Assembly: GCF_009914755.1 (NCBI RefSeq) | Contig: NC_060932.1 | Strand: one strand, 5' to 3' | From: the human T2T-CHM13v2.0 reference genome, Homo sapiens | DNA: 64,000 nucleotides | Part shown: positions 37,029-52,300 of the stretch, one piece after another | Position numbering within the stretch: position 1 is the first letter of the stretch | How the letters are laid out: every line of letters starts with the position of its first letter | Notes under the pieces: generated by a model | The model's database searches: none | What the model saw: the letters and a program-made list of their open reading frames with translations, nothing else | What the model was told of the DNA's origin: nothing | Position numbers and translations under genes: made by a program

Positions 37029-40000
37029 ATGATGGGATCAAAATCACAAATAAAAATTTTAACCTTAAATGTAAATGGGCTAAATGCCCCAATTAAAAGG
37101 CACATATTGGCAAATAGGATAAAGAGTCAAAACCCATCAGTGTGTTGTATTCAGGTGACCCAACACACGTGCAAAGAAACATATAGGCTCAAAATAAAGG
37201 GATGGAGGAAGATTTGCCAAGCAAATGGAAAGAAAAAAAAGCAGGGGTTGCAATCCTAGTCTCAGATAAAACAGATTTTAAACCAACAAAGATCAAAAAA
37301 AAAAAAAAGAAGGGCATTACATAATGTTAAAGGGATCAATAAAACAAGAAGAGCTAACTATTCTAAATATATATGCACCCAATGTAGGAGCACCCAGATT
37401 CATAAAGCAAGTTCTTAGAGACCTACTATGAGACTTAGACTCCCACGCAATAATAGTGGGAGACTTTAACACCCCACTGTCAATATTAGACAGATCAACA
37501 AGACAGAAAATTAACAAGAATATTCAGGACTTGAACCCAGCTCTGGACCAAGCAGACCTAATAGACATCTACAGAACTCTCCACCCCAAATCAACAGAAT
37601 ATACATTCTTCTCAGCACCACATAGCACTTATTCTAAAACTGACCACATAATTGGAAGTAAAACACTCCTCAGCAAATGCAAAAGAATGGAAATTATAAC
37701 AAACTGTCTCTCAGACCACAGTGCAATCAAATTTGAACTCAGGACTAAGAAACTCACTCAAAACCACACAACTACATGGAAACTGAACAACTTGCTCCTG
37801 AATGACTACTGGGTAAATAGCGAAATTAAGGCAGAAATAAAGATGTTATTTGAAACCAATGAGAACAGAGACATAATGTAACAGAATCTCTAGGACATAG
37901 CTAAAGCAGTGTTTAGAGGGAAATTTATAGCACTAAATGCCCACAGGAGAAAGTGGGAAAGATCTAAAATAGACACCCTAACATCATAATGAAAATAACT
38001 AGAGAAGGAAGCACAAACAAATTCAAAAGCTAGCAGAAGACAGGAAATAACTAAGAGCAGAGCAGAGCTGAAGGAGATAGAGATATGAAAAACCCTTCAA
38101 AAAATCAATGAATCCAGGAGCTGGTTTTTTGAAAAGATTAACAAAACAGATGGACCACTAGCCAGACTAATAAAGAAGAAAAGAGAGAAGAATCAAATAG
38201 ACACAATAAAAAATGATAAAGGGGAGATCACCACTGATCCCACAGAAATGCAAACTACCATCAGAGAATACTATAAACACCGCTACACAAATAAACTAGA
38301 AAATCGAGAAGAAATGGATAAATTCCTGGACACATACAGCCTCCCAAGACTAAACCAGAAAGAAGTCAAATCCCTGAATAGACCAATAACAAGTTCTGAA
38401 ATATTAATTACTATTAATAGCCTACCAACCAAAAAAAGCCAAGGACCAGACGGATTCACAGCCAAATTCTACCAGAGGCACTAAGAGGAGCTGGTACTAT
38501 TCTTCCCGAAACTATTCCAAACAATAGAAAAAGAGGGACACCTCCCTAACTCATTTTATGAGGCCAGCATGATCCAGATACTGAAATCTGGCAGAGACAC
38601 AACATAAAAAGAAAATTTCTGGCTAATATCCCTGATGAACATCGACGTGGAAATCCTCAGTAAAATACAGGCAAACCAAATCCAGCAGCACATTAAAAAG
38701 CGTATCCATCATGATCAAGCCAGCTTTATCCCTGGGATGCAAGGCTGGTTCAACATATGCAAATCAATAAATGTAATCCATCACATAAACAGAACCAATG
38801 ACAAAAACCACATGATTATCTCAATAGATGCAGAAAAGGCCTTCAATAAAATGCAACACCCCTTCATGCTAAAAACACTCAATAAACTAGGTATTGATGG
38901 AACATATCTGAAAATAATAAGAGCTATTTGTGACAAACCCACAGCCAATATCATGCTGAATGGGCAAAAGCTGGAAGCATTTCCTTTAGAAACTGGCACA
39001 AAACAAAGATGCCCTCTCTCACCACTCCTATTCAACCTAGTATTGAAAGTTCTGGCCAGGGCAATCAGGCAAGAGAAAGAAATAAAAGATATTCAAATAG
39101 GAAGAGAGGAAGTCAAATTATCTGTTTGCAGATGACACAATTGTTTATTTAGAAAACCCCATTGTCTCAGCCCTAAAACTCCTTAAGCTGATAAGCAACT
39201 TTAGCAAAGACTCAGGATACAAAATCAATGTGCAAAAATCACAAGCATTCCTATATGCCAATAATAGACAAAGAGATAGCCAAATCATGAGCAAACTCCC
39301 ACTCACAATTGCTATGAAGAGAATAAAATACCTAGGAATACAATTTACAAGGGATGTGAAGAACCTCTTCAAGGAGAACTATAAACCACTGCTCAAGGAA
39401 ATAAGAGAGGACACAAACAAATGGAAAAACATTCCATGCTCATGGATGGGAAGAATCAATACTGTGAAAATGGCCATACTGCCCAAAGTAATTTATAGAT
39501 TCAAAGCTATCCCCATCAAGCTACCATTGACTTTCTTCACAGAATTAGTAAAAACTATTTTAAATTTCATATGAAACCAAAAAAGAGCTTTTATAACCAA
39601 GACAAAAAGAACAAAGCTGGAGGCATCATGCTACCTGACTTCAAACTATACTACAAGGCTACAGTAACCAAAATAGCATGGAACTGGTGGAACTGGTACC
39701 AAAACAGATATATAGACCAGTGGAACAGAACAGAGGCCTCAGAAATAATGCCACACATCTACAACCATCTGATATTTGACAAACCTGACAAAAAAAAAAA
39801 AGCAATGGGGAAAGGATTCCCTATTTAATAAATGGTGTTAGGAAAACTGGCTAGCCATATGCAGAAAACTGAAACTGGATCCCTTCCTTACATCTTTTAC
39901 AAAAATCAACTCAGGATGGATTAAAAATTTAAACAGAAGACCTAAAATCATAAAAACTCTAGAAGAAAACATAGGCAATATCATTTAGGACATAGGCATG

Positions 40001-40686
40001 GGCAAAAGACATCATGACCAAAATACCAAAAACAATGGAAACAAAAGCCAAAATAAACAAATGGGATCTAATTAAACTAAAGAGCTTCTGTACAGCAAAA
40101 GAAACTATCATCAGAGTGAACACGCAACCTAGAGAATGGGAGAAAATTTTTGCAATCTATCTATCTGACAAAGGGCTAATATTCAGAATCTACAAGAAAT
40201 TTAAACAAATTTACAAGAATAAAACAACCCCATCAAAAAGTGGGTGAAGGATATGAACAGACACTTCTCAAAAGAAGACATTTATGCAGCCAACAAACAT
40301 ATGAAAAAAAGGTCAACATCACTGATCATTAGAGAAATGCAAATCAAAACCACAATGAGATACCATCTCATGCCAGTTAAAATGGCGATCATTAAAAAGT
40401 CAGGAAACAGATGCTGGAGATGATGTGGAGAAATAGGAACACTTTTACACTGTTGGTGGGAATGTAAATTAGTTCAACCATTGTAAAAGACAGTGTGGTG
40501 ATTCTTCAAGGATCTAGAACTAAAAATACCATTTGACCCAGCAATACCATTACTGGGTATATACCGAAAGGATTATAAATTATTCTACTATAAAGACACA
40601 TGGACACATATGTTTATTGCAGCACTATTTACAATAGCAAAGACTTGGAACCAACCAAAATGCCCATCAATGATAGACTGGATAAA
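37029..40686 (+). pseudogene. L1 ORF2p (endonuclease/reverse transcriptase), multiply disrupted
   Basis: Fragments [46 protein letters not shown] in different frames, with stops and frameshifts. Confidence 0.95.
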
Positions 40687-40825
40687 TAGAGCTACAATTT
40701 GATTCAGTAATTACACTTGTGGGTATTTACCCCCCAAAAGTTGAAATCAGGATCTTGAAGACATATTTGCACTCCATTGCAGCATCATTCCAATAACCAA
40801 AATACTGAAACAACCCAAATACCAT
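40687..40825 (+). mobile_element. Older L1M ORF2-end fragment fused to the L1PA
   Basis: TAGAGCTACAATTTGATTCAGTAATTACACTTGTGGGTATTTACCC...TTGAAATCAGGATCTTGAAGACATATTTGCACTCC, similar to the L1MA piece at 46165-46255. Confidence 0.75.
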
Positions 40826-43430
40826 AGCATATTTTACACTTGGGATACACAGATGTAAATATGATCATGTTCAGTGTCTTCTCCCTTTTTTCTTACCAAG
40901 GTCAGAGTAGTCTAGACAGCACTACAAACCCTATGGTTTGTTCTACCACCTTTCTTTAATGTCTTTTAGGAATCCTTTCTAAACTTCTTATTTTAACCAA
41001 CTATTTGTTATCAATCATTCTATCTAACAAGTCTTAGGCTTAGTCATTGACAGTTTGCCTCCCAAAACAACAACAACAAAAAACAAGAAGCTGAAGAAAA
41101 AGTAAGTTTTTGAAAGAGGCTATCATTTCAATGAGCTAGATCCTTGTTTTTGGTCTCTAACCCCTTCTGAGAGCTTTGGTTCAACTTGCTCTGCTTTCAG
41201 TGCTACAGGTATCTTAGGTCAGGCTATGTGGGTTTAGTAATAAATTGTCATAAAGTTACTTAGATGAAAGATGTGGGAAAACTACAGAAAAAAATTGTAA
41301 AGATACAGTAATCTCAACAATATATTTTTAGAAAGGCATAACAAAGTTTGAAAATAATAGGCCATACATTAACAATTGTTATCTTTGGGTGGAAGAATTA
41401 TTGATCATGTAATTTTTCTTCTTTATACCATTTTGCATTAAAAAAACTTTCTTATAGTAAATCATTTGAAAAGGAACTATAAGGCTCTGATTTTGCTGTA
41501 AGAATAATTTCCATTTTGTTTGTTCTCTTCTAACCTATATCAACATATTGATACAATTTTATATAATTATATTTGTAATCTGCATACATTTGTTTTCTAT
41601 TTTTCTTGAAGAAATACATTTTAAATGAGAAAACATGAATTGTATGTTTAAAAAAAAGACATAAATCTAGCTTCTGGGACTTTAAAGTCTAGAAAGGAAA
41701 CAGATATATAAAACAATAAACATAATGTATCTTAATAAATGTTTGACTGGAGGGACAGGGTTCCATAAAATTATAAAGGGGAACAGAATTGGACAAGACA
41801 GAAAAAGTCATCATAAAAGAAAGACATTCAGATTAGCTCAGGATTTCACATAATTACACTGATTAATTTTTAACAGCTTCATTATATTCTAGTCAATTGA
41901 TATGTCAGATTTTACTTAACCTAATTGTCTAATTATAATAATGTCCTTCTCTTGGTTACTTTCCTGCATTCACTATCTTAGGTAGTGCTGCTATGCTCAA
42001 CCTTAATTCAAACATCTTACCCCTAGAAAATTAGCTGTAAGAAATTGTTTGAATGGAGAAAAAAAAAGCAGTATCTACACTGGTTATAAACATTTTCGTG
42101 ACTATTGATGTATCTTACCAAATTATTATCTCTAACATGATTATGTAAATTTATAATTTCTGCATGCACATTGATCCTTGCTTTTTGTTTTAGATTCCCC
42201 TCACCCCCCCACACTGCCCTACTTTAGTCTTTTTCTTACTTGCTTTTCCAATCCACCATATGTCCTAGACAATCTTGGTGGGTATCTTGACTCAGATCAA
42301 GATACTTGAACCAGCAGTTCTCATCTGGGCTTCTAAGTGAGCCACTCCTAGTAGGCCATGATCTCTTTAGAGACTAGTAGGCTTTAATTATATTTCAATT
42401 TAAAGGAACCTAGTTTATATGTATTAACTACCTTTGTGTGGTGAATGCTATCAGAAAGTTAAGAATCAAATGAATCGTTAAAACTATATATGACGTGTAA
42501 AGCAAGCAGTGATATTCATTGTATATATGCACTCTAGGAAGTGTGTATAAAAATGATGGATAACTCTAGATGAAAATGGACAATGCCTATATACACATTT
42601 TGTTGAAGAAGAAATATGAATGAATAATAAGCATATGAAAAAACATTGCATGAAATTAGAAAAAAACGTGGGTCAAAGCAGTGAGATACCATTTTCTCCT
42701 GTGCAAGAAAAAAAATGATTGCTTTGCAGTTTTGGCAACAGTGTGGAAAAAAGTCACTCCCACACTGTTGGTGGACATGTATAGCTTTTTAGAAGCCAAT
42801 TTTGTAGTAATTAGGAACATTTAAAATACATATACTATATCAGACAAGTTAGGCTAAGTTATGCTCTTATATCCAGGAACCCCCAAAAGGCAGTCTTTAA
42901 CAAACACAAAGGCCTATTTTTTTGTCTTACTACATTCCATATTTATAGTGGGTCAGTTTGTAAATGATGAAGCAGCCTCTATAGGGAACACTTTGTGTCA
43001 TGGGAAAAGGTAAAAAACATCCTAGTTCCTAAAGTGCCCTTTCACAGGGGCTCACGTCCCTTCTGCTGCCATTTTATTGGCTAAAGTACATCACGTGACC
43101 TAGCCTAAGGAACAGAAAAACAATCTCTCCTGAATGACACACTCTGTAGGGAGGGGACAAATGTTCTGAATAACAATACATGACCATGTGTACCTTTACC
43201 TTTTTACTAAGCAGTTTCTTTCTGCAGTCATACATCTCACTAAACCATGTATACAAATGCTCAATAACATATGTCTTGGGATGTGCACTGGAATTTCTTG
43301 TATCATAATATAAAAGGTAGTCACACTGATGTTCTAGGCAACTTCTAAAAAGAATAGAGTAGCACCACATGTACTAATGTACTATCATGGAAGGATGCAC
43401 AGGTTACACTTAAAAAAAAGTTATAGAATA

Positions 43431-43887
43431 GTATACCGGTTTCCTATTGCTACTGTAACAAATTACCAGAAATTTACTGGCTCAAAAGCAACAAACATTT
43501 ATTTTCTTACTCTGGATATCATAAATATAAAATTAAGGTGTCAGTAGGGCTGTATTCCTTCTGGAGGCTTCGGGGATGAATAAGTCTTCTTGCTTGTTTT
43601 AGTTTCTGGAGGCTGCCTGCATTCCTTGGTTTGTGATCCACCATTGAATTACTCCAACCTTTTGATTCCATCATCATGTTTCCTACTACTATCTCTGATC
43701 TGCTTGCCTTCTTCTTCTAAGGACCCTGTGATTACATTGAGGCCACTCTAATCATCTAAAATAATCTCTCCATCTTAAGATCCTTAGTTAAATCACATCT
43801 ACAAAGATCTTTTTACATGTAACATGTTCACAGGGCCCAGGGATTAGGATGTGAACATCTTTGGGAGTCATTATTCAGCCCATCACA
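43431..43887 (-). mobile_element. MaLR solo LTR (MLT1B/C-type)
   Basis: TTTCCTATTGCTACTGTAACAAATTACC...GGATTAGGATGTGAACATCTTTGGG...ATTCAGCCCATCACA. Confidence 0.85.
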
Positions 43888-44704
43888 AATAGTATGGAAG
43901 TCAATTTCTGTACACACATGCACGTACACACACAACACACGTACGGACACATGAAGAAATGTTTGGAGAGACATTATGCAAATAATCAACATAGTTATTC
44001 ATAGGGAACAAGAGTAGAAGCAGGGCAGGAAGTGAGAGAATATGGCACTTTTAGTTATTGTGCTATTCTGTACTATTTTAATATTTTGAAGACAACTAAT
44101 ACAAATGTGTACTTAATGTGTAATTAAGTATGCTAAAATTTGTTTACTGCTTTTGATATAAATAGAGTAATTGAACATTGCTTTGAACTTCATATTTAAC
44201 ATATTTTTACTGAAAACTCTGCTTACATTTTAGTGTTCATAAAATAATCAGTTTTAATTACATGAACCAATTTGATAGTTTGGCTTCGTCTTCTGAACAA
44301 CAATGTGTACATTTTAAAATTAGAGCAGGTGTAAGTAACTTAGGTATATTCCTTCTATTTATTTATTGATATATTTTTAATTTTGTGACACATGGTTCTC
44401 TTTCAAAGTCCAAAGGTATGTATGAATTTTCTCCCTAGAAAAATACACTTCAAACTTAATGTGATTATCACAGAATGTGAGATGTTCATGAAGCCCATTA
44501 ATTTTATTTTAACAACCTCCTGCCATAAAGATGTTTGCAGAAAAAAAAGGGTCTTTCTTAAAAAGTTATTGTTGAAAAAAGATTTATCTATAGACTTATC
44601 TATGAGGCTGCCCTATTGGAGCCAAATTCTATTCTAGTGCTTTGCCATACTATATGGTAGCCTCTAACTACACGTCTCTTTGAATTTAAATGTTAATTAA
44701 TTAA

Positions 44705-46830
44705 TCACATATTCATGGATTGGAAGAATTAATATTGTTAAAATGCCTATACCATTCTAAGCACTCTACAGATTCAATGCAATCCTTATCAAAATTCCAG
44801 TGGCAGTTTTTATAGAAATAGAAAAACAGTCACAAAATTCATATAAAATCACAAAAGACTCTAACTAGTCAAAGTGTTCTTGAGAAAGAAGAAAAAAGTT
44901 GGAGGAATGTAACTCCTTATTTCAAATTATAATCCAAACTTATACTAATCAAAACAGTATTGAACTGGCATAAAAGTAGACATATAGTCAAATAGAACAG
45001 AATAGAGAGCTGAGATATAAACCCATGCATGTAAGATCTAACTTATCTTTGACCAGAGCACCAAGAATACACAATGGAGAAAAGATAATCCCTTCAACAA
45101 ATGGTGTTGGGAAAACTGGATACCCACATGCAAAAACAAAAACAAAGATGAAATTATATCCTACTCTTTAATCACACAAGAAAAATCAATGCAAAATGGA
45201 TTAAAGACATAAGCACAACATATGAAACTGTAAAAATCCTAGAAGAAAACATGATTTCTTGACATTGGTCTTTGCAATGATTTCTTGGCTATGACACCAA
45301 AAGCACATGCAATAAAGGCAAAAAATAGACAAGTGGGACTACATTCAACTTAAAGGATTCTGTATAGCAAAAGAAACAATCAAAGGAATAAACCTGAAGG
45401 ATGGGAGAAAATATTTGCAAAACATACATCTGATAAGGGATTGCCATCTAAACATTAGGAACTCTTAAAACTCAGTAATAGAAAACCACATAACCCAAAT
45501 AGAAAAATGGGCAAAGGACTTGAATAGACATTTCTCCAAAGAAGGCATATAAGTGGCCAACAGGCATATAAAAAAATTCAATGTCATTAGTCATCAGAGA
45601 AATTTAAACCACAATGAGATATCACTTCACATCAGTTAGAATGTATGTCATTAAAAAAAGATAAGAAGTTGCTATTGTTTGAATATGTCCCCCAAAGCTC
45701 ATGTGTTGGAAAATTAATCCCCAATGCAACAGTGTTGAGAGGTGGAATCTTTAAGAGGTGGGCCCTGCCCTCATAAATGGATTAATGCTGTTATCATAGA
45801 TATAGGTTAGTTATCACGGGAGAGGCATCCTTATAAAGGATGAGTTTGGCTCCCTTCCCTTTTGCTCTCATGGCAGTGTTCTCTTGCTTTTTCACCTTCC
45901 TTCATGGAATGAGGCAGCAAGAAGGCCTTGATAGACATAGGTCCCTCGACCTTGGACTACCCAGACCCCAGAACTGTAAGCAATAAATCTCTGTTCCTTA
46001 TAAACTACCCAGTCTCAGGTATGCTGTTGTAGCAGCACAAAATGAACTAAAACATATGTGTTGGCAAGAATGTGGAGAAAAAGAAATCCTTCCACTTTGT
46101 TTTTGGGAATGTAAAATCATGTAGCCAGTCTCAAAAACAGTATGGAGGTTTCTAAAAAATAAAAATAGAACTACTATACGATTGAGCAATTCCATTTCTG
46201 GGTATATATCCAAAGGAAATGAAATCAGGATCTTTAAGAGATAACTGCACTCCTATGGATAAAGAAAATGTGCTACATACATACAATGAAATATTATTCA
46301 GCCTTTCAAAAGGAAATTCTGGTATTTGTGACAACATGGGTGGACCTGGAGGACATTATGTTCATTAAGTGAAATAAACCAGACACAGGAACACAAATTT
46401 TGCATGTTTTCACTCGCATGTGGAATCTAACATAGTCAAACTGATAGAAGTAGAGAGTAAAGTGGTGGTTGCCAGGGGCTGGCTGGGAGGAGGGAAAAAT
46501 GGAGAGGTGATGGGTAAAAGGTACAAAGTTTCAGTTATACAAGATAAATAATAACTGGATTTCTATTTCACAGCACACTGACTATAGCTAATACCCTATA
46601 TTGTATACTGAAAATTGCTGAGAGAGTAGATTTTATGTTGTTTTCTTACCAAAAATAAAACCAATAATAATAATAATAAAGGGGATGGGAGGAAACATTG
46701 GGAGATAATATGTTTATGGCCTCGATAATGGTTTCAAGGGGTATATTTTTCCCCAAATTCAATGAGATGCATACATTACATACGTGCAGCTTTTGTAAGT
46801 CAATCATGCCTCCTTAAAGTGGTTTTTTAA
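44705..46830 (+). mobile_element. 5'-truncated L1MA (ORF2 3' part and 3' UTR)
   Basis: TTCATGGATTGGAAGAATTAATATTGTTAAAATG...AAATGGTGTTGGGAAAACTGG..., followed by an L1MA 3' UTR. Confidence 0.9.
45670..46053 (+). mobile_element. MaLR solo LTR (MST-type) inside the L1MA
   Basis: TGCTATTGTTTGAATATGTCCCCCAAAG...GTAGCAGCACAAAATGAACTAAAACA. Confidence 0.88.
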
Positions 46831-46837
46831 AAAACTA

Positions 46838-47085
<248 letters not shown>

Positions 47086-49064
47086 CCTAAATTAATTAAA
47101 AATAAGCAATTAAAAAATTCAGTTTCTTAGTCACATTAAACACTTTTCATATGCTCAACAGCCACGTGCAGCTAAGGGCTACCATATTGGAAAGCACAAA
47201 CATAGACTATTCCCATCACTGTGGAAATTTCTATTTGACAGCCCTGTTTCAGAGCATGTGTTCCAGAAGTAATCCATTATTTTAAAAGAAGTAATATTTC
47301 TTCAGCTGTAGGCACTGTCATATAGGGTATCTTAGTTATTTCCATTAACAATAGTTTGAAGATAATATTATCTTCATCCGGAAAACACTGAGGCACAAGC
47401 AATTTGCATTCAAATGGCTAATCTTGGCATAACCTGTGTTTTAAACCTAGGCCTTGATCATGCTTAGTGAGTCCAGTTAAATACTGTAAGCTGCCTTTCC
47501 TGATTTCAATGCCTCAGGCTCACACACCTCTGGAGAATATAATTTTAAAGCTTTCCACTATCAAAAGTTCCATATTCATATGTTATACATAGAGTAACCT
47601 TTTTTTTGACTAATTTTGTCATCTGTTTATACCTACAGTAATGGAACATCTTGCCTATAGGTTTGCCTAAAGAGAGCAATGCTCAACAACTTTAAAGCTT
47701 ATTTCTGTGAAGCAGAGTTAGCTTCAGGAAATGTATTTCTCTCTTCCTGCCTGATTGCTTTAGCCTCTGGACCAAGGCATTGTTCGGAATTGGAAGTGAT
47801 ACTACTCAGAATATTTTAGAAGAAAAAAAACTGATGCATAAGAAAGTCTCTACTATAGTCATCAAGTGACAGAAAGATAGCTTTAAAATATTGCCTATGC
47901 TTAGAATTCTCTTAAAAGCGAGACTTTCAACAGGACCAAGAATAATTTCAACCCATTTTTGTTTCTAAAACATCTCTTGATGAATTAGAGTTTGAACTGA
48001 AAATAATAATATATAAATAAGAGCCAGATGAGGGTTTAAATCTACTCATTGCTCAGCCTACACATAGCTTAGGTCTGAATTTGCTCAGAGAAAGGGCTGA
48101 CTTTTTCTAATTTTTATAACAATGCCATTGACTTATCAAGCCACATTCTCAAGGGTCCTCTTTCACCCAGAAGTCCACACACAGGGGAAAGTTTTTCTAA
48201 TTTGCTTGAAGGTATTGTGCATTTAAATGCAGTTAAACATTTTTGAATGATACTTTATCACAATTACTAACTTAGGGAACATAAAGTAGGAGAGATTGAA
48301 ACACATCATGGGATTTAAGTGACCCATTATGCACTATTAAAGAAAGAACAATGCTTCCAATGCTGATGCCTAGAACCGATACAAAGGAAAACAAACACTA
48401 GAGAAACGAACTCTGGATAAAGATCAGTTTGTTTGTTTATTCAATAATTTATTTGGAAGGAAGGTTTGATTGGCTGAGCCCTTTAGAGGTTACCTGGGTC
48501 GAAGGTGGGATTGGGAGAAAGCAAGACCACGCAGGTTCTAGGCACCTAAATTTTATATCTCAGTTAATTCATTTATATATGGGGCTTCTAACACTTAAAG
48601 AAACTTCCATGGCTAAGTCACATTTATTATAGTTATATAATTACAATTATATAGTTATATAGTTATATTTGAAAACAACTATCTTAGAAACTTGATTATA
48701 GCTATATTCATTGAGTATTCGCTATATGACAGGTAGTCACAGGCATTACCAATTAGATCTTCACAACAGCCTCATGTAGTCTTAACATCCTCTCTCTGTA
48801 CATGAAACAGGCTTAGAAAAGTTAAGTAACTTGCTTAATGTTACCTAGTCAATGACAAGGCTGACATTTTAATGACATCTGACTTTTTTCAAAAGAGTTA
48901 CTACCAAGAAATTCCATATAGTAGTTTAGCTTGATTGTAATAAAAAATACTGAATTAAGAATCTATTTTTATAAAAATAATAGTATTCTTATTGAAAAAC
49001 ACAATTACAAGAAATAATTTGATGTCAATATAATCTCAATTTGACTATAAGAGCTTTTTTATAG

Positions 49065-49365
<301 letters not shown>

Positions 49366-52300
49366 TCTCTAGCTGTGCCTTCGCCACATCACATGCAAAC
49401 GTGACCCTCTGATCCCGTTGAAAAACTCAATAATCTTGAAACAAGCATTTCATTTCACAAGGGTGCATTTTTGCAGTATGTTTCCTACAATAATCTCTCT
49501 ACTGCCTCTCATCTAGAGAACTTTCTTAACTTCACTGACATCTCTATCAAGCCTATTTAGTTTCCTCCTCTTATGTCTCCGTAGCATTTTGAATGAAAAT
49601 TTTAATTATTTAGCTATATAGGTACAAATATAAAAATAAGACACAATTATCGCTTTCTATGTCTGTTAGGGCATGAATTATATATGATTCACCATATATA
49701 CCCCAACATGTATTGGACCTGCAGTAAAAGTTGCTTCAGTAAATGAATAAATGAATGAATAGCAACTACTGAAAATTTCCACAGCTTGAAAGGGTAAGGA
49801 ATTAAATGTGGTTTAAAAACCGTCTCCCCACATCGCCCATTCTTCTGTTTCCAGATCCAAGAGGACACTTTACCAACAAGTAACACCCCAGGAGATGACT
49901 GAAGGCCAGTCCCACTTATCTCTCTTTAGTCCATTCTTCAGCAGGTTCATCCCTTCATTCTTCAGGCCTTAGCATCAGGAAGGTTTTGGTCTTTGGAGCT
50001 TGGAATGGCTTTCTATTGTTGATTGACATTTACCCCTGCACTGTTCCAATTGGAATATTAGCACAAAGGAAGCACTGGAAGTTGCCAGAGAGATTCTGTA
50101 CTTCTTTCCTTTCCCAATATTATTCATTTCCTTACATTATTTATATTTGCATGATTTTTGTGTCTGTCTTACTATATAATAAGCTTCTTTGGTGATGGGT
50201 ACAATATTATGATTTAGTCCTTATTTTCTAACATCACCATTCCTTACCAGCACCTTAATGCAGGACTCAGCAAGATGTTTTGTTCACAGTGCATCCCTGA
50301 GGCTATTAACTAAATGACTATCTTTGGTAAATATCCTTACAATATGCAATAGTGCTTACCAGTGCATTGCATTCCCCGTGGTACATCAGGCAGGACTGTG
50401 TAAGCAATAATTCTCAATCTCTATTGTTAGAAGGTTTTCTTCAAGTTAGTGAGGAGGTTTTTTTGTTTAGTTTAGTTTTGTTTCACCAGGCACTTGATTG
50501 CATAATGTGCTTTTCACACGGATGACCTCACTTGAGATAAGTGGTCATGGTCATTTGCTTGCACATGGGGTGTCATACTCAGTCATGTGATGCTGTTATT
50601 TCTAACCCCAGTTTTTTGGATGAGGAGATCTAGGGTATACTGAAAAGTTCAATCAGTTATCTATGAGACAATGTGGCCAGATAATTTCAACCAATAGTAC
50701 TGAATAGTGACTACTTGATTCAATTCGGTCTCTCTTTTTTCTTTTACAGAATTTTGAATACAAGTAACAGACAGAGAAAAATGGTACAAAGGGTTAAAAG
50801 CAGTCTTAGTAACATTGGAGATGTGGAGAGAAAATTAGAAGAGAGAAGCAGAAATAAGGAGGCCCTGAGTTACAAGTAAGGAGAACCTCTGGAATGAAAG
50901 TAATGAAAACCAGCATTTGAATGGGCAAGATGAAAAACAGAGGGATTCTCAGTCCTTAGCGTGATGGTTGGGTTTTGGACAGTAATGACAGACATTCCAG
51001 TTCTCCATGAGGTTTGCCCAGATGTTCCCATTATACTCTATTTTCTCCTATTTTTGTAGTTCATGGATTTGTTTCTCACTAGGTTACCTAAATGCCTTAG
51101 GCTTTTTCAGGTTTCTTTGTGAAATGTGATTCTGTCAATGAGCTTTCAGTTCAACAACAACAACAAAATTAAAGTTAATAATTATTCTGTTAATTAAGAG
51201 CTCGCCTTCTAGTTGAAGACTTTGCATATGAGCTGAATTTGAATTTAAACAGTTCAGTATGTTTTGTTAGTGTTTATGAATCAGGTAACTAACACTGAAG
51301 ATGTGGGTAGAGATCCTCATTTCTATGTCTTGTCTCCTTATATCCTATGTGTTGCCATTTCTCTTAAGGTCAAATAATACAGTTTGTAGTTAGGGACCAA
51401 AGAATGTCCAAGGGGATTAAAGTCAATTAATATATTCATTGTAAAAAGTGTTAACAGAGTTGGGAAGTTTCAGTATTCAATCTCAAAAAGCAAAATCTAT
51501 TATGTGACTTCGGTGTGATAAAGGAGGCATGAAATATTTTTTTCAGTTCCAACAAAGAAATAGATATATTCTTAGACATATGTATAACTTGCTCTTACTT
51601 ACTCAGCTTATAGCAAAAGTTCTTGACAAAATGGTGATCAAGTGCCAAAACAGTCCATTTAAGGTGTTATGCAGAGTCCATGCCTTATGATTTTTTAAGT
51701 GAGAATTACAACCATATGTCTTTGATGGTTTGAATATGTAACTATTTAAGGCAGTGGACTGGATAAAATTACTTTTTTGGAGATCCTCTTCAAAGCTATA
51801 ATTCTGTGATCATTTATACATTTTGTATAGCAGATATTATAATGTGAATACATGCAGCTTGAACAATGAAAATATTTTATCAATTGCCCTGTAGATTTGT
51901 GTTTTAATAGCTTTGTAACATGTAGGAAGCACTTTAGAGTATTAGCAAAAAAATGATACAGTATCATTAGAAAGTATAGTAATCATAGATGTGATTAAGA
52001 AAGCCCTGTGTCATGGTTGACAATAATCATCTGAATAAGTTACTATTGCTGTAAATTCTCCGTTCTGTGCAATTATCCTGCTGGTTTCATTGAATCTGCA
52101 GATAGTTCAAATAATCTGCAACAACAAGCAGGACAAAGGTCACCTGAATGAAGGGCACTACAAGTACAGAAACTTCATAGAGAAAGATATAGTTGCCCTG
52201 GCTAAGGCATCATAGTATTTCCCCCACACAAAATCTCTTCTCCCAAACCACTTGGATGTCAACAAACTTTGGAAAATCCATTAGCAATGTAAATGCTTTA

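Larger units (their letters stand above)
34607..40686 (+). mobile_element. Near full-length L1PA (roughly L1PA7/8 age), lacking 3' UTR and poly(A)
   Basis: 5' UTR start GGCAAGATGGCTGAATAGGAACAGCTCC, then ORF1 and ORF2 with EN, RT and C-terminal motifs in the ORF track. Confidence 0.97.

Noticed and set aside
34607-40686. Active or autonomous L1, or a novel reverse-transcriptase system
   Set aside because: It is an ordinary L1PA. ORF2 has multiple stops and frameshifts and the 3' end is missing.
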